In this document: positions 24,529-38,787 of the stretch, piece after piece
How positions within the stretch are numbered: the stretch's first letter is position 1
Layout: the number at the start of each line of letters is the position of its first letter
Assembly: GCA_000165425.1 (NCBI GenBank)
Contig: CT868130.1
Span: forward strand, 372,001 to 436,000
Source: Paramecium tetraurelia
Taxonomy: Eukaryota
Direction of reading: 5' to 3'
DNA length: 64,000 nucleotides
Notes under the pieces: model-generated
Database searches by the model: none
What the model saw: the letters and a program-made list of their open reading frames with translations, nothing else
Told to the model about the DNA's origin: nothing
Position numbers and translations under genes: made by a program

Positions 24529-25171
24529 TCACAATCTATCGTTAATTGCTCTTGAAATATCAGACATAATTATTGTTTTGTATTGTAATTAGTAGTTATC
24601 CATTATTTTTATGATATCAACTATTTGTATTGTTAATCTAATTTTAAGTACTGCATTATTACTTTGGACTTAATTTTAGTTCACAAATCAAAAAGTTATG
24701 ATATCGAATTAAATTTATTAAGTCAATCAATTAACCAATAATATCACTCTATAAATTTACAATAATCTGAAAATCATCTAATTGCTATCTTGGCTTTATT
24801 TGTGAAATTAAATGCAGCACTAAATTCAATTTTTTTTCTTTTTAATCAGTTCCTATAAAATGAGAGATGTCATCAAATATAAAGATATCGTACTAATTAT
24901 TATCTAAATACGAAAAAGAACCCAGTACAGCTAAGTATTCAGAATAGCTCTTAATTAATTTAACATTCATTTGTTACAATGTTTCTTAATAAACAGGTAT
25001 CAATTTTCCGAATAAAGATGTATTAGCTAAGAACTTTTCTTCTGAACAGACCAAATAAACACACAATTATGTATCCACTATTTTGTAGTATGTGAAATAT
25101 TATAAAAGTGTAGTTTTAAGACTTCTCTAATTTCCAATAAGGCACAAATACGGGTTTTATAATTGTTTCAT
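24529..25171 (-). CDS. Small RecA-fold ATPase-like protein resembling SWSAP1 / RAD51 paralogs
   Basis: MKQLQNPYLCLIGNQRSLKTTLL (Walker A-like), VYLVCSEE, ETLQQMNVKLIKSYSEYLAVL, YDIFIFDDISHF (Walker B); ~200 aa; probably one short intron near the 3' end. Confidence 0.55.
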
Positions 25172-25749
25172 TTATAAAATATTAATTAAAAAATTAGATG
25201 TAGAAGCTAATTCTAATCGAGTTTATTATAATTAGAAATGAAACATTTAAATATAGTGCACACTTATTATACTTAGTAAACAGACTCTTTGTATAATTTC
25301 GTGTAAATTGTTTTGACAAAGATTGAAAATAATTTCCTTTAAGTTTTCCTGACTTACTAATCGATTTACCATAATGATTTAGTATTTTTATTTATCTTCT
25401 TAAATATGAATTGATTTTATCTAAGAATACTCTAAATCCATGAATTCATATCAAAGAAATAAATTGAAACATAAAATTACATCTTAAACATCCAAATTAT
25501 ACAACTAATTAGATTGAGAAAAAATATTTAATCTTTTTTTAGTTTAAAATATGATTTTCTATGATATTTTCAGATTGAATTTTTATATTGATAGAAATTA
25601 ATTTGAATACCAATTCATACTTAATTTTAAAAAGGGGAATTATAAATTTCAATGAATAAAATAAATTTATTTATATCAAAATTGATATGTGAATAAATTT
25701 TTTAAGCTCTATTGATTAGCAAGATAAATTTTGTCAATAATAACTTAAT

Positions 25750-26164
25750 CAAAAATATTAGATTCCGATTGGGCGACATGGTTTCTTTTAATGCTAAAAT
25801 TAATTAAACATGATAATAAAATATACATAATTCTTTTTGGATTATTTTCAGTCTTCAATAAAATTTTGGGTTCGAAAAGTGCTGGGTTTAAGGATTATCT
25901 TTTCAAAAATAAAGCTTTGATCTCCTCACAAAGTTTATATTGCTCATCCTCAAATTTAGCCGTTCCATTTCTATAGTGCATTTAATTTGTGTCTTTTGAT
26001 AAATCCATCTTATTAGGTCCAATCGTAGATCTATACTTGGTTTCAGGAGTATTAAATTCAGCAGCTGAAATAGTTGAGAATTTTCGGCATTCTTGTGTGG
26101 ACAATTCTTGTTCTATTTCTTTAAATTAAGGTGAAAGCATTTAGTCTTTAACCCGAATAGACAT
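25750..26164 (-). CDS. Hypothetical protein; 3' end approximate
   Basis: MSIRVKDQMLSPQFKEIEQELSTQECRKFST...; open for ~110 codons, then a probable intron near 25795-25827. Confidence 0.5.
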
Positions 26165-26254
26165 TTTTATTTTATGTTAAATTTATATAATCGAACAAAA
26201 ATAATTTAAAAGATGTTTTTAAGTATATATATCATAATAATACTGATTATTTTT

Positions 26255-26491
26255 TCAACTAATCAAACAGCATTTTTAATTTTCAGAATCAAATTTATTG
26301 AAATTATGCTCTTTCCAACAATCTACTAATATTATATTATGTATTTTATTTCCCTTGACAATCTCATCGATGAATGTAACTTAATGCATTTTATACCCTT
26401 TCAATATAGGATGACCCTTTTTATCAATTCTGATTCCTTCACTTAACTTCTTTGAACTCAATCTTGTTCTTGAAACCTATGGCACTTCCAT
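26255..26491 (-). CDS. 78-aa microprotein with RVxF-like motif and C-terminal CaaX box
   Basis: Intronless: MEVPQVSRTRLSSKKLSEGIRIDKKGHPILKGYKMHQVTFIDEIVKGNKIHNNILVDCWKEHNFNKFDSENQKCCLIS-TGA. Confidence 0.8.
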
Positions 26492-27507
26492 TTTACAATA
26501 ATTTTTAAATTAAACATATTTAAGATTATTTCAAAGTGATTCATTTTGTATCTTAGCGAAGTTTGAGATTCTAATTATAAATGAAAGCTATCATTTAATT
26601 ATATGATTCTTGGTTCTTGCTAAGTTTCAACATTCTGAGCACCACCATTAAATAAATGGAAACATTATAAAATTATAATAACAATTAATATATTCTGTCT
26701 TCTCTACTTACTATTTTTGGATTCATCATTTGTTAGCGCTTTATTAAATAAAATTAGCTATTTTATTTTAATTGCATAAACATTTTTTAAACCGTCTGAT
26801 CTTTTTTAATGAATTATAATAAGATTTAATGTAGTTCTTGATTTAAGATTTCTTTCAATTTCTGAGATTAGGTAAAATTTCTTTGCTCGTTTTAACTCAT
26901 TGACTTACTATTTTTTATTGAGTAGACGTCATATTTTTACTCAAATGAGAAAAGGAATTATAGAATCGGATTATATTCAGATATTTATATTTTCTAAGAA
27001 TTCCTATAAGGAGGAATAATTCTGTATTACCAACTTAATTTCTTTCAAAAAGAATTAAACATCTAAACAAGAGTCGATAAAGGATTAATTTCATATCTTA
27101 CCTACTCTTGAGTATTGTTATAAATTAAAGATACTAACCATTCTAATATGTATAGGTTTATTTTAGAATAAGATATGGTAATCCGATTAATTGACAAAGA
27201 GTTATTTTTTGCAATTGGATTTAATGCCTAAAAGATAATTTAATAATTATATATTATACTTATAATTATATGTATAATATTATTCTTATCAATTTTATAT
27301 CATAAATGAACTTAACATAGAGTATTTTTAAGAGATCTAACCTATAAAAAGAGAATATTGATTTTTAACTATGACTATCCAAAATTTGAAAGTAGAGCAC
27401 TTAAATTACGGAAACAAATGTTATAGATTACAGAATGTTTAATAAATATTAAAAAATAAAAATAAATAGATCATTAATATTGTTTGTAAAATCATTTTTT
27501 TTAAGAA

Positions 27508-28667
27508 ATGGATTAATAAGCGAAGATTTTATAAGGAAGATTGATTTAAATAAGACACGTGGCTACAAAATAATATTTGAAAGGAACAATTCATTTAGTA
27601 ATTGAAAAAACTATGTTTAAAAAAAAAGAACTAGATTAATACTATTTGGGAACCACTCCTAAAGAGGATGACTTCTACACTTACTTTATTCTTCAAAAAT
27701 ATTAACCCACTGAAAATGATTTAAGATTAGGGGATGTTGTGGCGATACAAAATTATGGATAGCAATAGTTTGTTAATTTAAATGCATAAAAGAAATCAGA
27801 AGTCACCCAATAATGTTATGCTTATTTAGATGAAGAAAAACATTATTTTGTGATTAGACCAGAAAAAGATATATTTTTGAATAATTAAAACGCTATAGAT
27901 AATTCCATTGATAAAAAATATGTTAGAATTACATCTATTGATAATGGATATAGTTTGCATTCCCATCTTAGAACTTATAAAACTGAAAGTGTGTCACAAT
28001 ATAATGAAGTGACAGGATATAAAAATTGCGATGAAAACGATTTATGGGAACTTCTACCTGTTCATGAAAACTTAACAAAGGGTTTTTAACCCCAAGCTTA
28101 AACTTTGGAACCAATTCAAATAAACTATGGGAGCACAATCATAATTAGAAACTTTTGGACTGGTTGGACTTTGCATTCTCATAAAACATGTTATAAATCA
28201 ACAAAGGCTTAGGAAATCTCTCTCTACAGTTATCCAAGAGATGGTACTATCTATGTATTAATGTAGAAAATGATTTTTGGATAATTTAAAAACTCAACCA
28301 AGAAGACAAAGCTGATAGAGCATTAAGAAAAAATCATGAAATTTGGATTCAACATAATATAACTAAAAGGTTTCTTTCATGTGCTAATGTTTTATCATAC
28401 TCACAATCAGGATATTAAGCGTGTGGATTGGAAGGTAAACCTATGACAGGCTTACTGTTACAAGGTATAAATATTTTAATATATTAAGAATTTGAAAATT
28501 CCCCATTACGAATGAATTAACCATTTGTAATTAAGCATCTTACAAAAGACCTGTACTTATCATAATCGAAGTTTTAAACAGAGAGCAAAATTGGATCTCA
28601 ATAAGAGGCTGTTTTTGTTGAATAATTTAATGGTCTCTGTTTATGGATAATAGAATTATAAAAGTGA
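27508..28667 (+). CDS. MIR-repeat (beta-trefoil) protein
   Basis: GRLIQIRHVATKQYL; VRITSIDNGYSLHSH..EVTGY...DENDLW; YGSTIIIRNFWTGWTLHSH..QEISLY..DENDFWII; two short introns. Confidence 0.8.
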
Positions 28668-28740
28668 ATTATTTGATAAAGGTTGTAATTTAGTAAAATT
28701 TATATTATATTTAAGTGCATAATAGATTTCTTATTAATTC

Positions 28741-29576
28741 TCATTTATTTTTACATAATTATTCTTAAACATATTCAGAAAGGTCTTCGTATATATACAT
28801 AAATTCAATGTTCAAAAAGAGAGCCCCAAGAATGTAATCATCTTTCTAAAGACTATGTCTCTGTTAATATTATAAATAGAATATACCTTTTTATCAAAAA
28901 TCTGCTTAATGCCGTTAATGATATAAATTGAATAGAGAAATATCACTAAAGATATTAAAAATATCTATATTTCTTATATCTCTAAATAGTAATAGAATAT
29001 TAAAAGTAAAGTTAAACAAAGAATAAAGGAAAATATAATGTTTTTCTAATGTGAAAAATTGTCATAAGTAGTCCAAGAAAGTACTGTTAATGCTGTAAAG
29101 ATAAAAAAAGTCATTAATATTGCCTTGGATATTAAGTCATCTAATAAATTATATAAAATCTATTACGTGGAATTTTATCATCTGACACAGCAACAAAGAA
29201 AATTAATTCTGAGATTAAAAAACCAGAGGTTAACATATGGATGATTAATAAAATATAATTGTTAGGAGCTTTTCTTGCAAATCTCTATTTACAAAGAAGG
29301 AAGCACAATAAGGAAAAGCCAAATATGGCAATAATTGCAAATATCAAATATTCCAGCTGTTTTATTTCTTATTAGTCTCGGAAAGAAATTTATAATAATG
29401 ATAAAGTTCCAGAAATTAATATTTAGATGTTGATGATTAAATATACCTAGAATTAGCTAAAAATGTACTTTTTTTATGAATTTCAATCTAGTTTGCAATG
29501 AGGAGTCTATTTCAGAAGTCTCTCCATAATTATAGCTACAATGGAGAATTGGTTGTTCTTCTTCATCTAATTGCAT
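28741..29576 (-). CDS. Bax inhibitor-1 / Lifeguard (TMBIM) family membrane protein, divergent
   Basis: TRLKFIKKV, RFARKAPNNYILL, AILMTFFIFTALT, RHSLQKDDYILGALFL; multiple TM helices; short introns. Confidence 0.75.
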
Positions 29577-29975
29577 TGAGAAGAAATTCTAATAATAATA
29601 AAAAATATAAATTGATTTATTGTCCAATCTATTATAATTAATACACTATTTATAGTTACTATGTAGAATCAATATGATTTGTTATTGAGTTTCTGACAAT
29701 AAAGACATTATTCGATTTAATTTATTGTCCTGAACAATAGCCTATCTGCATTATTTTGATATCAAATTTTAATCAACATTCCATGATGTCAATTTGTGGG
29801 ACTTTCCAACTGGATCAAAAGACTGAGACGAATTTTATAATTCAAAGTCGACAAAATTAATCAAATTTCATGAACACTTTTATTTAACTCTAGTTTTATA
29901 GTTAAGCAATCATAGAAAAATAAGTAATGTATTTAATAAATACTCGAAATTTCATAATTATTAATAACAAATCAA

Positions 29976-31423
29976 ATGAATGATGGGGATAATAGCAGGA
30001 TGATTCAGAAAAAATTAAATCCAGGAACAGTTATTGCAGGCAAATATAAATTATTGGAGAAAATTGGAGCAGGATCTTTTGGGATGGTCTTTAAAACTTA
30101 AAACTTAAAAAATGGGGAATTGATTGCAACTAAGTTTGAAAAAAGGGATGAGAGTTAAAAAGGTGTAAGTTTACTCATTAGAGAAATCAAAGTATTGTAG
30201 GATGTAAAAGGATTAAAGGGTATTACTTTTGAAATTACGAAGGCTTTCCATAATTAAAATTCTATGGCAGAGACGACCATTACAACTTCTTTATGGAATC
30301 CTATTTAGGAATGAACTTAGAATAGCTAATGAGAAAATGTGGTGGGAAATTTACCCAAAATACAGTGTTGAAGATTGGTCTCCAATTGTTAGAAAGAGTT
30401 TAGGGTATTAAAATAAAAAACAATAGCATTTCACGAAAAAAACCTAATTCATAGGGACATCAAACCAGAAAATTTCACAATTGGTCGGCAAGATTGTTGT
30501 CAAATTTACGTTATTGATTTCGGATTATCTAAGTATTATCGAGATAGTAATGGGAAGCACATTCCATTTGTCAGCAACAAAGGATTGATTGGTACAGCCA
30601 GATATGCTAGCGTGAATGCTTTAATAGGTTATATATACAATAGATATAGCTATTAGGAAATGAGTAATCCAGAAGAGATGATATTGAATCACTAGTGTAC
30701 GTGCTCATTTATTTCTATCTGGGGGAATTGCCTTGGTAAAATATACAGGTAGTAAACAAAGAAGATAAATATAAGAAAATCTTATAAATGAAATAGAACA
30801 ATTCCTTGGACAAGTTAAATGACTTGCTCCCAAAAGTATACATCATATAATTTATTAAGTCTCTAGTAAAAATGTTAAAAATATCAAAATCATACGAATT
30901 CCAATAGACTCCAGATTATATAGGCTTAAAAAAACTTTTATAAGATGATTTAACTACTGATACTAAATTTGATTGGGAGAAAATACAAGGACTCTTTTCA
31001 GATAAAGAGAGCTTGAGTGTGTCTATTGATGTTTAATCAAACTCAAATTAATTTGATGATTTGATTGATATCTAACCTGGTTTGCAGAATTCAATGTGTA
31101 AAGTGCCATAATAAGAAACCAAATTTATAAATGGTAGATTAGATAATAGTCGGAAAAACATTATTTATTTGGAAGTTCCAAAGAGAAATTCTATAATAAT
31201 TGAGGGAGCTTCTAGTCCAGTTGGAACGATAGCTTCCTTCAATACTTCAAAAATGAATCACTACGAGGGATCAAATAGAAATCTTGCTTCTTACAAATAA
31301 TTTATTGATGTTTAAGTCTAATCCTTAGAAAATGAATATGATGATGATTATATACCAAATTAAGACGATTAGCCTTGTCTATTTGTTAGAAATTTGGTAA
31401 TAGGCTCTAAGGTCCATCATTGA
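29976..31423 (+). CDS. Casein kinase 1 family kinase
   Basis: [57 protein letters not shown]; intron 30220-30242 (23 nt) and others. Confidence 0.95.
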
Positions 31424-31469
31424 TTTTTGTTAATTGATTGCCATTTATTTTTATTTATTTATACAAAAA

Positions 31470-32151
31470 ATGGACAAGGATCTCTTCATTTAGAAATATG
31501 GGGAAAACAGTTCAATAAAATAAGCATTTCTCAGAAAAGCATATCAGAATTATTTCATGCTGAAATCAAGTATTAATAAGGATAAAAACAAAAAGAGTAA
31601 CAAAAGTGTCGATTCATCTTAATATTCATCAACCAAAATCAAAACAAATCAAAGTAAATGTTCTTTTGTTGAATCATCAAGTAATAAGGACAACATGTAT
31701 TACTTACTTAACTAATTTTAGATCCTAAATGACAGAGTTTCATTATAACAAATTAAAGAGCAAATGGTTAATGGATGACAAATAGAATGAAGTCTTAATA
31801 TCGATAATGTAAAGGAAGAGGAAATAATTGGAGTTGGAAGAGAAATAAAGAGAACTGGAAATCTCTAAAATTTAATAAGCTATTTAATTAAGAGAGAATT
31901 TGGAAACTGATAGAAAACGACAATTTTATAAAGAATCTGAATTGTTTCGAAATCAATAAAGTGAAAGGAAATACTTAGAACAAGAGAAACTTAAATCTAA
32001 AGAGCAAGAATATTTATTATTAGCAAAAAGAATGGCGAAAAATGAAGAACTTGCTAAATTAGAAGAACAAATTGTTCATAGATAGAAATGCAAATTACAA
32101 TTTTAAATGTTGGAACAGCAAAGAAAAACCAATTCCTTTTTACTCTCTTGA
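31470..32151 (+). CDS. Hypothetical coiled-coil protein
   Basis: MDKDLFIQKYGEN...; K/E/Q-rich C-terminal half; ends SFLLS-TGA. Confidence 0.55.
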
Positions 32152-32288
32152 TTTTTGATTAAAGTCTATTCATGTTAAAACTACCAAATTATAAAACATT
32201 TAAATCTCAATTCTCAAAATAGAATTATATTTGAATCTTTAAATATACTTATAAGTTTGTAATTAGATTCTTTTGACTTTGAGTTATA

Positions 32289-32854
32289 TCATTTTGGAAA
32301 TGCACTAAATATTCTTCTGGTTGGTTGAAATGGCTTCATTGGAACTAGTTTTTCACCTATATCAAAGGCTAATGAATTCTTCTTCGGAGTTAATGCATCA
32401 TCCTTTGGACTATGAGGCACTAATTATATCATGTTCAGCTTATTCGGTTGAGATGAGAATGGTCTCCAAACTTTCTCTTTAACAGAAGGAGGACGAGGAA
32501 ATGGCTCTGTGTCTAATGGTGTAGCACTCATTAAACGAGAATGAGTGTAAGTTGGTAACCATGCACTTTGAATTCGTTCTAAACCTGATTTTGGTTATTT
32601 GGGCAAGAGAAAGTCACTTTTCTAGAAAAACTAACAGATTCCTTTTCCTGGTTAAAATTATTAAGGATGTTTAGCTAGACCATCAGTCTATCCAAATAAT
32701 AGTAAATTGCATTATTTACAAGTTTTTTTTTGTCTTATTTGATCTCTGCTATTTTTTATTTCTTTAGTTAAAACATTTCTTACTTTTTCTTTTTTTTCCT
32801 TTCATCTACTTATTTCTATAGAATTTCAAATATTTCATTCTTTGTTTCCTACAT
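32289..32854 (-). CDS. Hypothetical protein
   Basis: MQETKNEIFEILQKQVDERKKK...FPRPPSVKEKVWRPFSSQP...SAFPK-TGA. Confidence 0.6.
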
Positions 32855-33073
32855 AAATCGCTGCTTAATAAATTATAAATAATTTAATAATGCTTTTGAT
32901 TAAAAATTAATTAATTTTTATCAGTTTAGGCTGTTATATAATTACTTTTAATCTATAACAAATTAAGAGTTGTATCTATAGAAGGTTAGCTCCATTTAAA
33001 TTTTGTATGATGAAAATGATCCTCTCTTTATTTGAAAATGCTTATTAAGAATTTAAATTATTATTTTTTATAA

Positions 33074-34447
<1,374 letters not shown>

Positions 34448-34968
34448 TTATCATAATTAGTTTATAGTTTTATTGGCATAATGTAGTATTTTTTTGTGAT
34501 CATTTAACTAACTAGCATAAATCTATAATTCTGATTATACATCCTCTTCTATAAAAATTAAGGATTCAATATTAGGAATTAAAACATAGATATCTCATTT
34601 GAATTTAAATTTTAAAAGTAATATTTTATTGTAATATTATTATGTTTTTTGGATAATGAGGCAATTTGTATGAATTGCGAGAAAAAGTTGTTATTTATAA
34701 AGCCTTTCAAATCATTAATAAAGGATACTTATTTCTTTTTTAGCAATCGTATTTGCAAAATATTATTCCAAGTTAAATCAAATTTTTGAATTTTCTCCTA
34801 AACTAAATAATGTCATTACTCTCAGCCATTTCAAATTTCATAGTATATATTATATATGTAGTTTATAATCAGTTGAATTCTAATTTAGTAGCACTAATAA
34901 ATAAATGCATTTATAATTGCTGAGTTAATTAATCTCATTAATTCAATTATTAATTAAATTAATAAAAT

Positions 34969-36516
34969 ATGAATAAAAAATATACTTCTTCTAACTTAAA
35001 TCCAAAAATTCTTGAGGACAGAGATGATATAAATTTTGGAACGTCCTTCATTGATGTTATTCTGGATTAAAATACTTTTAATGATTTAACTTCATTCCTT
35101 GATACAGGATCACTAATTAATTTTCAACTAAGTTCTAAAGTATTTAAAATTAGAAGATGGAAAAAGTATTTTAAGAAGGTAATTTTTCAAAGACTACTTT
35201 AACCATTAGATCATAAATTAATCTCCTAATTTATTATTGATTAAAAATGCTAACAATTTATGTATTGGGACTCCGTCATTGACTTTAAACGCTTAAATCT
35301 ACAATACTCACATTAATATAAATACTATTCTTGTTAACAATCTAATGAAGCAGCAAATATACAGAAGGATATTGATAGAACATTTTCATAACATCAATAT
35401 TTTAAATAAATTCATAATAGATAAAGACTCTAAAGAATACTAATAGCATTATCTAAAATCTATGAGGAATTAGGCTATATTCAAGGGTTGAATTAAATAG
35501 CAGGTTGCTTTCTGATTAGTGGTTTAAGTGAGCAATAAGCCTTCTGGATAATGTATTATATTTTGAAAAAGATGAAATATGCAACAATATTTCTTGAATA
35601 ATTTAGTTAATTAAAATTCTTGAATTTTGTTGTGGCAGTATTTTTAAAAAATTATGTTCCAAATCTGTCTGCATAGTTTGTAAATATAAATTAATAATTA
35701 AGTTATTAAACAAAATTGACATCGGAATTATAACAACGAGATGGTTTCTTGTAATCTTCGGTTATGATTTGCCTTAAAAATTAGTATAAATTCATGATGT
35801 ATATAGTTATTATAAGTATGGAATTTGTTTTTGTAAAAAGGAATTAAGATTTTAATCAAAATTTCAATATCAATCTTTAAATTAGTATCAGATTTTGAAA
35901 ACATTGAAGATTTGTATGAGATGTTAAAGGATGACTTATTTGACCTATTAGATTCAAATGAATAATATTAAATCAAATTGATTGAGTACTTTAAAAGTTT
36001 CAAAATTACTAATCGACTAGTTAATGAATTGAGATCAAAATTCGAAACAAATGATGAATCTCTAACTTTAGTATTTGATTATACTTAGAAAAAACATTAT
36101 TGGAAAAAGGGAGGAGACAGTGCAAGAAGTTTAATCAGTTCCTTTAATGAAATTATTAGCGAGATTCAAGAGGAAAGGGATACCTTCTACTAAAAATCTC
36201 AATCCTTCTTAAATGTTTGTTTCCCAAGATTAATCAATGTGAACTATTTAGTGGCTTCAGAAGGAAAAAAGAGTTTGTCTATTAAAATAGAAAAAAGACC
36301 ATAATTGATAAAGAGATAAATTCTCTCTTAACAATTTTAAATGTCTATACCCTAATCTGCGAATGGAGATTAAGTATGAAATTTAACTATAAGGAATCTA
36401 ATATTTATGCTGACGAAATATAAAGTAAAATGAGTCCTAATGATGACGAAAGTGATGACACTATTGATAGAAATAAATCTCAAGATTATAAAAGATCCCT
36501 AAACAAACATGTTTGA
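34969..36516 (+). CDS. TBC-domain Rab GTPase-activating protein
   Basis: IQKDIDRTF (Arg finger), LGYIQGLNQIA (Gln finger), SEQQAFW, RWFLVIF. Confidence 0.9.
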
Positions 36517-37417
36517 ATATATTTAATACTATTAAATTATTAATAATAAACCAGATCAATTATAGTCTTAAATAGTAAATCTATCTTTCTTCTTGATATA
36601 AATTATTTATTAAGAAACTTTATTATTAAATTGATATTGTGATAAGTTGAAATATTTATATGCAAGCATTAAAATTTTGATAGTTTATTACTACAATTCA
36701 TATCTGAAAAATAAAGTATTAATAGCATTTTGAACTTAAAATGATATAATTTATTATATTAATAATAATAACAGTACATTTTAATTGGCAATGTAAGACA
36801 TTCAGAGTAATTAATTTTTTTTTTAATCACTCTAAAAAAATCATCCATGTGATTGTTAAGGTGACAAATATTTAAAAGCTAAAATGATTGAGCAGCAAAT
36901 ATTTAAATTAAGTAAATGATTTGTAATAATGCCTTATTTTTATGCATTCATATTTATTATTCATTCTTTAAACTATAATATGAAGTCAGTTATATAGCTA
37001 AAGAACTAGCCAGTCATAAAAAATTCTTTATTATCTATGGAACATTCAAAGATAAAAATTTGTTCCTCTTAATTGTAAATTTTCTGTTTATTTAGAGGAT
37101 TGAAATAAGAAACAAAAAACTGGAATATAAAATAAGATGAAAAATTTGATATTAAAATGGTATAACTAAGAAAACGAGAAATGAATATATTAAAGTATTA
37201 TAATTTAAACAATCGATTTTTGTATTAACAGAAATTAATTATACTATAATATTTAAAAATTTAGATTACATCCGTTTTTTTAAATTAATGACACACATGC
37301 ATAAGAGAAAGAAATTTGTTTATGAACAAAGTTATTGGAACTTTTATAATTATGATTGCATCCAAGTTCGTGGATGATTTAAAAGGATTTATAATGATAA
37401 ATAGATTTTAAAAACAA

Positions 37418-38383
37418 TCATGGGTTATTTAATTTTTAAATTTTCTTTTGTTTTATTATGACTAATTCTTTCAGTTCTTATGAATCGAATTCCAAAACCT
37501 CAAAATTCTTGTTATCAATATTAAGTTCATTTTGGCTAGTCGACTTATCACATTTATTCAAATCTCTTTTTAATGTTTCGATAACTGAATCAATTAATAA
37601 GATATCCCTTTCATCCTTTGGTACTCTGCCTAATCTCTATCTATTCTCTTCTTATTTTAATAAATTGTAAAATCTATTTTTGATTGTGTTTTCTGTTCTC
37701 CTAAACTTAAATACTTAAGCTGATATGTCTGCCCATCGTTTACCCCTCTTCTTAACTTCTTAAAATAACCTAAGTTCTTCTTCCTTATACCATGGTATAC
37801 TTTTATTAAATTTTAAATTCATACTTAAGTATTTTAGGGTCTAGTTTATTGACCCATCTATCTCTGCATTATTTTCCTAATCGCACATAAGGAGTTTAAC
37901 AGATTTTCATTAATTCTATTGCTATTTCGCACCATTTATTTGGATGTAATGATTGTAATTGCATAAGCGCTTAATCCTCCTAAGGAGTCCAGTTAACTTT
38001 TTTATGTTTTTCATTTAACCACCTATTTCTGCAAGCCTTCCAATTATGAAATTTGAATATTCGAGAGATTTAATCCCATTGTAATGTTGACTATATTTAT
38101 AGAGACTATTTATTACCAAATCTAATGGTCGTGTTTTTGTCTTCAAACAAGTTCCAAGGACTATTATTTTTAAATATTAATCCTAAGTATCTGTCCATAT
38201 ACCTTTATTTGATACTTAATCAGCATCCACTCTGTTCAAGATGTTATCAATTTATTATTAGTCAGGTATGCCATGCATGAATGGAAATGAAGTTGATAAT
38301 AATGCTTGTGTAAATGTTGCGTCTATGTTTTGGAATAGATCATAAATAGCTTTTCTATCAATAGACGTTTTTTTAATCATCAT
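37418..38383 (-). CDS. Myb-domain transcription factor with three repeats
   Basis: GIWTDTQDQYL..WDQISR..WKACRNRW; VNWTPQEDQAL..NKWCEIA..RLGKQCRDRWVNKLDP; PWYKEEELRL..GKRWADIS..RTENTIKNRFY. Confidence 0.9.
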
Positions 38384-38787
38384 AATACTAATTAGTTTAT
38401 TTAATGTCAAGGATTCTGTCCACTATATTATATATATATAGATAGTATTATTAAATTTTATCAAGTTGTTTTTAAAAAGAGCAGATTAGAAGAAGAATAT
38501 ATCTAGAGAGTCATCTAATTAATAATTTATTTATTAATTTATTGATAAATACATAAATGATGTTAGATTATATTAGGGATTGTAAAATTTTATTGCCTGG
38601 ATCAAACCTTGATTATTCTTGATTTCTTAATTTTAATCCGATTTATGAATTTTTTATCAAAAATTATTGAGATTTATCAAAGTTTATAAATGAAATAGAC
38701 AGAAACATAGCGATTTCGAATGATTTAAATAAATAATCGAAGATTTTCATGATGTGAAAATGTAAATTTAAATAGTATAAATAATAA

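Noticed and set aside
26541..26932. Possible small minus-strand gene (MTSTQQKI...)
   Set aside because: Two frames are open and it needs an assumed intron. Open frames arise easily when TGA is the only stop, and there is no recognisable motif.
36520..37410. Long AT-rich gap, considered as ncRNA, IES or transposon remnant
   Set aside because: No terminal inverted repeats, box C/D pair, tRNA fold or convincing ORF seen.
38160..38205. Apparent 20-nt intron (gtatatggacagatacttag) in the Myb gene
   Set aside because: Reading through it gives a better Myb repeat (GIWTDTQDQYL); the real intron is the 26-nt one just downstream.
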